Assembly (NCBI GenBank): GCA_038321985.1
Contig: JBBQFN010000010.1
Span: 64,001 to 128,000 of the forward strand
DNA: 64,000 nt
From: Cyanophyceae cyanobacterium
Lineage (GTDB): Bacteria; Cyanobacteriota; Cyanobacteriia; Cyanobacteriales; Laspinemataceae
Direction: 5' to 3'
The stretch's first letter is position 1. Each line of letters begins with the position of its first letter. Position numbers and translations under genes: made by a program. The notes below the pieces were generated by a model, which worked only from the letters and a program-made list of their open reading frames with translations, made no database searches and was not told where the DNA came from. Positions 58,358-64,000 of this stretch are shown in pieces.

Positions 58358-59278
58358 GTGTCACAAAAGCTGGGGCGATGGAAGTTGTACATCTTGATAC
58401 TGGGGCTAGTTGCCTTTGTGGGAATTGGTCTCGCGCCTATTGTTAATGGTGTGATAGAAGCTACTCAAACCAATTCCTCGACCAATGTTGCAACCCCAAC
58501 AACGACCCCGAATTCGCAGCAGGGGGATTTGGAAGCTCAAGCTAGGGGTTATGAATTGGTAGTGCAGCGGGAACCGGACAATGAGACGGCCCTACGCGGA
58601 CTATTGGAAACAAGACTCAAGTTACAAGATATCCCAGGGGCGATCGCTACCTTGGAAAAATTAGTGGCCCTGAATCCCCAACGCACGGATTATGCGGTAC
58701 TGCTGGCTCAAGGGAAGCAACAAATTGGCGATCGCGAGGGGGCTTCTACCGCATATCGGTCGATTTTGGAAACCCAGCCGGGTAATATTAACGCCCTCCA
58801 GGGTTATGTAAATCTCTTGCTGCTCGAAAACCGTCCCGAAGCGGCTATTGGTCTGCTTGAGGATACTCTCAAAACTGCTCCCCAAGCTAATCAAATTCAG
58901 CCCGGAAGCATTGATGTGGTTTCGGTACAAGTCATTTTGGGCCAGGTGTATGCTGACCAAATGCGTTATGACGAGGCGATCGCGGTTTACGATGAAGCCA
59001 TGAAAGCCGAACCCGAAGATTTTCGGCCAATCTATGCCAAGGGCATTGTCTGGCAAAATCAAGGCAAAATGGCTGAGGCTAAATCCCTCTTTGAAACCGC
59101 CTCAAAATTAGCACCCCCACAGTACCGGGATCAAATTCAGCAGCAAGCACAACAAGTGGCTCCTGTACTGCCTGAAAGTACGCCACCGGAAGCTACCCCC
59201 GAGGCTTCACCAGAAGCTACCCCCGAGGCTTCACCAGAAGGGGAAGTCGATTCTATACCGGAATCAGAAGCCGAGTAA
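58358..59278 (+). CDS. TPR protein with N-terminal TM anchor
   Basis: GYELVVQREPDNETALRGL and several TPR units; C-terminal PEATPEAS repeat. Confidence 0.85.
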   Translation: MSQKLGRWKLYILILGLVAFVGIGLAPIVNGVIEATQTNSSTNVATPTTTPNSQQGDLEAQARGYELVVQREPDNETALRGLLETRLKLQDIPGAIATLEKLVALNPQRTDYAVLLAQGKQQIGDREGASTAYRSILETQPGNINALQGYVNLLLLENRPEAAIGLLEDTLKTAPQANQIQPGSIDVVSVQVILGQVYADQMRYDEAIAVYDEAMKAEPEDFRPIYAKGIVWQNQGKMAEAKSLFETASKLAPPQYRDQIQQQAQQVAPVLPESTPPEATPEASPEATPEASPEGEVDSIPESEAE

Positions 59279-59332
59279 TATCAAAGGAAGGGTAATTGGA
59301 GTCGCCCTTCCTATTTTTTTACATTTTTCCAA

Positions 59333-59785
59333 GTGGACCCATTCCGAGGTGAACAAGTGCGTAAAATTCCCTTAATCCCATTCGGTGGATTATTAATTCT
59401 GATAGCGTTTAAATTGGGGCAGATGAACCCGACGGTAGCGATCGACGGCAACCTCGACGGGCCAACGCTCTCAGAAGATCCCGTTCATCATGTGGTTTTA
59501 GTTGAACTCAAGCCCAATGTTAGGCCGGAAGAAATTGAACAAATCATTGAAGATAACCGCCGCTTAATCAGTAAAATTCCGGGAGTTTTAGAAGTCTCAT
59601 TAGGACCCAAAGCCCGGGGCGATCGCGAGGTTCATATTAAGGATTATCACCTCGGACTTTATGTTAAACTCTCTCAAAATACTGATTTAGATATCTACGG
59701 TCCTCATCCCAATCACCAAGAATTTCTGGCCCGACATGGCTCAAAAATTGCCTCCATTCGAGTCATGGATTTTTATGGAGAATAA
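59333..59785 (+). CDS. Dabb (stress-responsive A/B barrel) protein
   Basis: VHHVVLVELK, IPGV, Y..HP.HQ.F, VMDF. Confidence 0.8.
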   Translation: MDPFRGEQVRKIPLIPFGGLLILIAFKLGQMNPTVAIDGNLDGPTLSEDPVHHVVLVELKPNVRPEEIEQIIEDNRRLISKIPGVLEVSLGPKARGDREVHIKDYHLGLYVKLSQNTDLDIYGPHPNHQEFLARHGSKIASIRVMDFYGE

Positions 59786-59940
59786 ATTAAACTCAGATTT
59801 ATTCAATCTGTACTTAATCGGGTTAAAGTATCCTCTCTAAAATTAAGCTAAACTTCAGGGAGGAGTGCTAGCTTCAAGCCCGCTCTTATTACGAAAGCGA
59901 AGTAGAAACTAGCACTCCTGAATCAGTAAAATTTAAGCGC

Positions 59941-61668
59941 TTAATACTTGCGTTCTTTCGGCTGAAACTGAGTAATGGTTACGGGTCGATAACGAATATC
60001 CACACCGGCAGGAGAATAATAGGACAAGGTGTGCTTGAGGTACTGATCATCATCGCGATCGGGATAATCCTCGCGAAAATGAGCGCCTCGGCTCTCCTGA
60101 CGGTTGAGGGCACTGGCTAAAATTAACTGTCCAACTACCATCAAGTTGCGTAACTCTAACGCTTCAATAATTTCCGTGTTCCACAGTTTGCCTTTATCGT
60201 CTAAATAAATCTGCTGATACTGCTGCTGGAAATGCTCTAACTGATTTAAGCCGGACCTCATCAGTTCATCACTGCGAAAGACACCACAATGGTCACTCAT
60301 GGCATCCTGGAATCCCTGGCGAACTGCGCCAATGCGGAGGCTTCCGGAGCGATCGACGAGGGACTGGAGTTCCTGCTGGGCTTGGGCGAGGTAGCGGCGA
60401 TCATCGATTTCCGGCAACTTGCGGGTTTCAACGTACCGGGCGATCGCCGCCCCAGTGATTTTCCCATACACCACGCACTCCAGCAGGGAATTACTCCCCA
60501 GGCGGTTCGCGCCATGTACAGACACACAGGCGCATTCCCCTGCTGCAAAGAATCCTTCCACCAAACCATCGGGACCGCTTCGCACCTGTCCCTCGGTATT
60601 GACCGGAATCCCTCCCATTGAGTAATGACCCGTGGGACGCACCGGCATGGGTTCATACACCGCATCGACCCCTAACAAACGGTGAGCTTCTTCCCAACAG
60701 AAGGGGATCCGGCTCATAATTTTTTCTTTGCCCATGTGCCGCAGGTCGAGGAAGATACAAGGCCCCCCCGCACGGCCATCGGGATATACCCCGCGTCCGG
60801 CCCGAATTTCCCGGGTAATTGCCCGGGAAGTAATGTCACGAGGGGCTAATTCCATGCGACTGGGGGCGTAGGTTGCCATAAAGCGATCGCCCTCGCTGTT
60901 GATTAAATAGGCTCCTTCCCCCCGCACTGCTTCAGAAATCAACACCCCCACGGGATACAACCCGGTCGGATGGAACTGCACGAACTCCATATCTTGTAAC
61001 GGCACTCCGGCGATCGCCGACATTGCCAACCCGTCCCCGGTGGAAGCAAAGTCATTCGAGGTGGTATTAAAAACCCGTCCATATCCCCCGGTGGCAAACA
61101 TTACCGCTTTGGCACGAATCACTTCTAGGCGACCGTCCAGAATATGGTACATGACCAATCCCTTGGCTTGTCCCTCTTCCAAAATTAACCGCATGACATA
61201 CCACTCTTCATAGACGTGGACCCCATAGCGGCGCAGGTTATTGACCAGTTCGTGCAACATGGCATGACCTGTTTTATCCGCCGCGTAGCAGGTGCGGTTG
61301 TGGGAATGGCCCCCGAAGGCTCGCTGGGCAATTCGCCCATCGGGTAAGCGGGAGAAGAGGACGCCCATGTGTTCAAGGTCAATGACCACATCCGGGGCTT
61401 GTTTGGTGAGGAGCTCTACGGCATCTTGATCCGCTAAATAGTCGGACCCTTTGACCGTATCAAAGGCGTGGGCTTCCCAGCTATCGGTCGAATCTACGTT
61501 TTTGAGGGTGGCGGCGATTCCACCTTGGGCCGCAACGGAATGGGACCGAATCGGATGGGTTTTAGCAACCACAGCTACATCAATGCTGGGATTGATCCGC
61601 CCGATTTCCACTGCGGCGCGACACCCGGCGAGTCCACCCCCGACAATAATCACGTCATGTTCTATCAT
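59941..61668 (-). CDS. sdhA: Succinate dehydrogenase/fumarate reductase flavoprotein subunit
   Basis: GGGLAG, RSHSVAAQGG (FAD-His), QFHPTG, HYSMGG, HGANRLGSNSL, ESRGAH. Confidence 0.95.
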   Translation of the reverse strand: MIEHDVIIVGGGLAGCRAAVEIGRINPSIDVAVVAKTHPIRSHSVAAQGGIAATLKNVDSTDSWEAHAFDTVKGSDYLADQDAVELLTKQAPDVVIDLEHMGVLFSRLPDGRIAQRAFGGHSHNRTCYAADKTGHAMLHELVNNLRRYGVHVYEEWYVMRLILEEGQAKGLVMYHILDGRLEVIRAKAVMFATGGYGRVFNTTSNDFASTGDGLAMSAIAGVPLQDMEFVQFHPTGLYPVGVLISEAVRGEGAYLINSEGDRFMATYAPSRMELAPRDITSRAITREIRAGRGVYPDGRAGGPCIFLDLRHMGKEKIMSRIPFCWEEAHRLLGVDAVYEPMPVRPTGHYSMGGIPVNTEGQVRSGPDGLVEGFFAAGECACVSVHGANRLGSNSLLECVVYGKITGAAIARYVETRKLPEIDDRRYLAQAQQELQSLVDRSGSLRIGAVRQGFQDAMSDHCGVFRSDELMRSGLNQLEHFQQQYQQIYLDDKGKLWNTEIIEALELRNLMVVGQLILASALNRQESRGAHFREDYPDRDDDQYLKHTLSYYSPAGVDIRYRPVTITQFQPKERKY

Positions 61669-61732
61669 TGTTTTTTTAGCTCTCGTTGGATCTATGGAAT
61701 GTAAATGTCTTCTGGATCTATCCTCCCTCTAA

Positions 61733-61766
61733 AAAAAAATTCCCTCCTCAAAGGTAGGGAATTTTT
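61733..61766 (-). terminator. Probable intrinsic terminator upstream of sdhA
   Basis: AAAAAAAATTCCCT...AGGGAATTTTTT inverted repeat with A/T tails. Confidence 0.55.
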
Positions 61767-61864
61767 TAGAATTGCTCAGTCGTGGGCGGATTCGCCCTTG
61801 AGGATAAATAGGGCGCAGGAAAATTTTTAAGGACCGGAGTGGGGTTCTCCGGAGCGAAGTCGGG

Positions 61865-62179
61865 CTAACTCGATACCTGAGCCGGATTCGGGTTAGATAC
61901 AGTTCTCGAACCTGATTCAGCCGGTTGTGCAGAGATATCTACCGGGTTCAGTTCAATATGGTTAAGCAAGGTGGTGACGAAGGCAAACACGAGGAAGGGC
62001 AGGGAGAGAACAAGAATTAAACCCACTGTAGCGAGGGCGTAGATTTGACGCGCGGTACTCCACAGGGCAAGTGCTGAGGCTAAACTCAGGAAAATCACGA
62101 TCAACCAAATGATGATTTGTCCGTAGATATCTCCAAAGGTCAGGGTGCAGACCAATCGGTATTTTTTCAGGTTATTCAT
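61865..62179 (-). CDS. Conserved cyanobacterial two-TM hypothetical protein
   Basis: CTLTFGDIYGQIIIWLIVIFLSLA...LPFL.FAFVTTL.NHI. Confidence 0.75.
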   Translation of the reverse strand: MNNLKKYRLVCTLTFGDIYGQIIIWLIVIFLSLASALALWSTARQIYALATVGLILVLSLPFLVFAFVTTLLNHIELNPVDISAQPAESGSRTVSNPNPAQVSS

Positions 62180-62930
62180 TAATGGGTTTCCTCGAAAACT
62201 CTAGATTTAAGATCAGGGTAATATCCTGTTTCTGTTTTAATAGATTTTTAAAGATTTTTGAAAGATTCGCAACATCACTTTACAATCCGGATGGCTCTGA
62301 CGGTGGCGATCGCTTTTCTAGAGAAGTCGGGGGTTAAAGGGACTGGGAAGCCTTATCCCTCAAGATTTAAAGGGCGATCGCTTTGGAAACTTTCTGAGGT
62401 TTGGGGTTGTTTGACGGGCTGCTTGGCATAGACGGTTGCAACTCATGACTAACCGCAGCCGATTCCCTGTTTTAGCGGGTATCTGCCGCTTTGAGGTCAT
62501 TAAAATCAGACTTTTATAAGAATTGAGCTAGGGCAGGGCGCACCCGCATTTTTAACAACCCAATCATGAGGTGACGTTAACTAATGTTAAGAAATCTGAC
62601 AATAATATTGCTAAGTATAAAATTTTTACTAAGAAATCAGGACATCAGGAGCCAGTGAGCTATTTTAAAGACAACCCTAGGTAATGAACTCACGGTAGAA
62701 AATGTAGATAAACTTGGGGAAGTAATCGGTAGAGCGTGGAAAAGCTGGGTTGGTGTACAAAACATCGGTAAAGAAAGCCCACCTCTTTCTTTTCGCCGCT
62801 TCCTGGTTTTTCGGGCCCATTCTAATACTGGACCGATGCTCTAGCTGCGGTAAGGATCCAAGAAATTCTGAGGGGGGCTTTTATAATAAAAGCCCCCCCT
62901 ATCTAGGAATTGATCTGTTAGGAGATTCCA

Positions 62931-63509
62931 ATGCAAGAACAACCGTTTCATGAGTTACCGGAGATCAATCCCACCGCTGCGATCAGGCATCAGGGACCGT
63001 TAAATCGAAAGGAGCGTTCGTCTACCCCGAATCAAGAGGGTGGACAAAACAACTATGAGTATTGGAAGCGGGAAGGCGATCGCTTGCGGGTGGCACAAGC
63101 GTATCTCGAAGCGATCGCGGCTTATGAATCTGCTTTACTCCAAAAACCGACTGCCTGCTATGCATGGCAGGAACGGGGTGAGGTCCTCAAACGCTTACAC
63201 CGCTACGAGGAGGCGATCGCCTCTTATCGCAAGGCCCTTGAAGTCAGCGCTAATCCCATAGCCCGATATCAAGCTTGGAATGGCTTAGGGGCGTTGTTCT
63301 TTACCCTTGAGCGCTATGAGGAATCAATTTTTGCCTATAAACAAGCCCTCGCACTCTGTCCTAATGGTATGGGATCTCCTCATATTCTGGAAATGGAAGG
63401 AATTGCTTGGTCCAGATTAAATCGCTACTTAGAAGCCGGAGATTGTTACAATCGCGCCTATCATAAAGCGGTGGAAATTTCCGATCGAACGGTAAAAAAA
63501 ATCAATTAG
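62931..63509 (+). CDS. TPR protein
   Basis: AW..RG.VL..L.RYEEAIASY.KAL-type repeats; AGGAG RBS. Confidence 0.85.
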   Translation: MQEQPFHELPEINPTAAIRHQGPLNRKERSSTPNQEGGQNNYEYWKREGDRLRVAQAYLEAIAAYESALLQKPTACYAWQERGEVLKRLHRYEEAIASYRKALEVSANPIARYQAWNGLGALFFTLERYEESIFAYKQALALCPNGMGSPHILEMEGIAWSRLNRYLEAGDCYNRAYHKAVEISDRTVKKIN

Positions 63510-63792
63510 CCGACTGCCTACTTTTTCCCGGGTTATAGACGTTTAAACGCGGGCAGTTTTTTAGAATTCACAGGTGATCGTACTCTTTTCACTCTTTCCA
63601 ACTCTCATCCCCCATGGGGGGTGCAATCCAATCATCAATCACCCTACCTCGTGGAAAGTTAAAATTTCTCAGGTCTAACCCTCCCCTTTTCAAGTTATTC
63701 TTTCTGTGGAACCTGATATTTTTTCTCCCGTGGGAGGAACTTAAAAGGCCAAAAATCGTTATAGTTGATTGGAGACTTTAACCTGAGCTTTT

Positions 63793-64000
63793 ATGATGAA
63801 ACCCCTTCAAAAAACCATCGCCACAACTTTAGGATTGAGTATCCTACTGTGGTCCGCTCCATCCCTAGCCCAACAAAATCTACGCTTGACTTGGGTCCGC
63901 CTGAATACGACAAACCGAGACGGATGTGTGCGTCAGGCTGTTGAGGCCATGAAATCCGTAGGATTGAGTAATGTGCAAGTTGAGGATAATGAATTAGTCA
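63793..64000 (+). CDS. Exported hypothetical protein, partial (runs off the window)
   Basis: MMKPLQKTIATTLGLSILLWSAPSLA|QQNLR... has a clear signal peptide and is open to the end of the window. Confidence 0.6.
   Translation, partial: MMKPLQKTIATTLGLSILLWSAPSLAQQNLRLTWVRLNTTNRDGCVRQAVEAMKSVGLSNVQVEDNELV

Larger units (their letters stand above)
87..63220. repeat. HIP1 octamer GCGATCGC dispersed throughout the window
   Basis: Many dozens of exact GCGATCGC copies (first at 87-94) in coding and intergenic DNA; a hallmark of cyanobacterial genomes. Confidence 0.95.

Noticed and set aside
59185..59240. 24-bp tandem repeat GAAGCTACCCCCGAGGCTTCACCA
   Set aside because: It is an in-frame low-complexity PEATPEAS tail of the TPR protein, an ordinary linker expansion like the 21-bp repeat in the amiC linker near 4398-4440.
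199..63261. Numerous 60-145 aa ORFs antisense or out of frame to well-supported genes
   Set aside because: They are shadow ORFs with no motifs or RBS support, overlapping confidently identified genes.

Overview
This is chromosomal DNA from a cyanobacterium, probably a filamentous Oscillatoriales-type strain. That placement is an inference from dense HIP1 GCGATCGC octamers, ycf54, tandem amiC genes and a V4R/phycobiliprotein-like operon. Most of the window is housekeeping: isoaspartyl peptidase, two amiC genes, deoC-recO-MFS-GT4, larB/cpmA, ispF, pdxJ, crtE, folD, putA, dacB, plsX-fabH-fabD-plsC, a DUF39 homocysteine enzyme and sdhA. The standout is a minus-strand tRNA-Arg(CCU) gene (39840-40831) split directly after the anticodon by a 918-nt group I intron. 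The intron carries an intact two-motif LAGLIDADG ORF in which both expected catalytic aspartates are replaced (GMLLGRG, WFLDQG), and whose 3' end overlaps the ribozyme core. This makes it a candidate nuclease-dead, maturase-like protein. Also notable are an accessory stretch at about 18.7-24.8 kb (XRE, membrane protein, orphan IS630 HTH, GNAT-like protein, membrane-anchored caspase-WD40), a four-gene V4R operon and several intergenic REP-like palindrome families. All calls come from reading the sequence and motifs by eye; no database searches were run.
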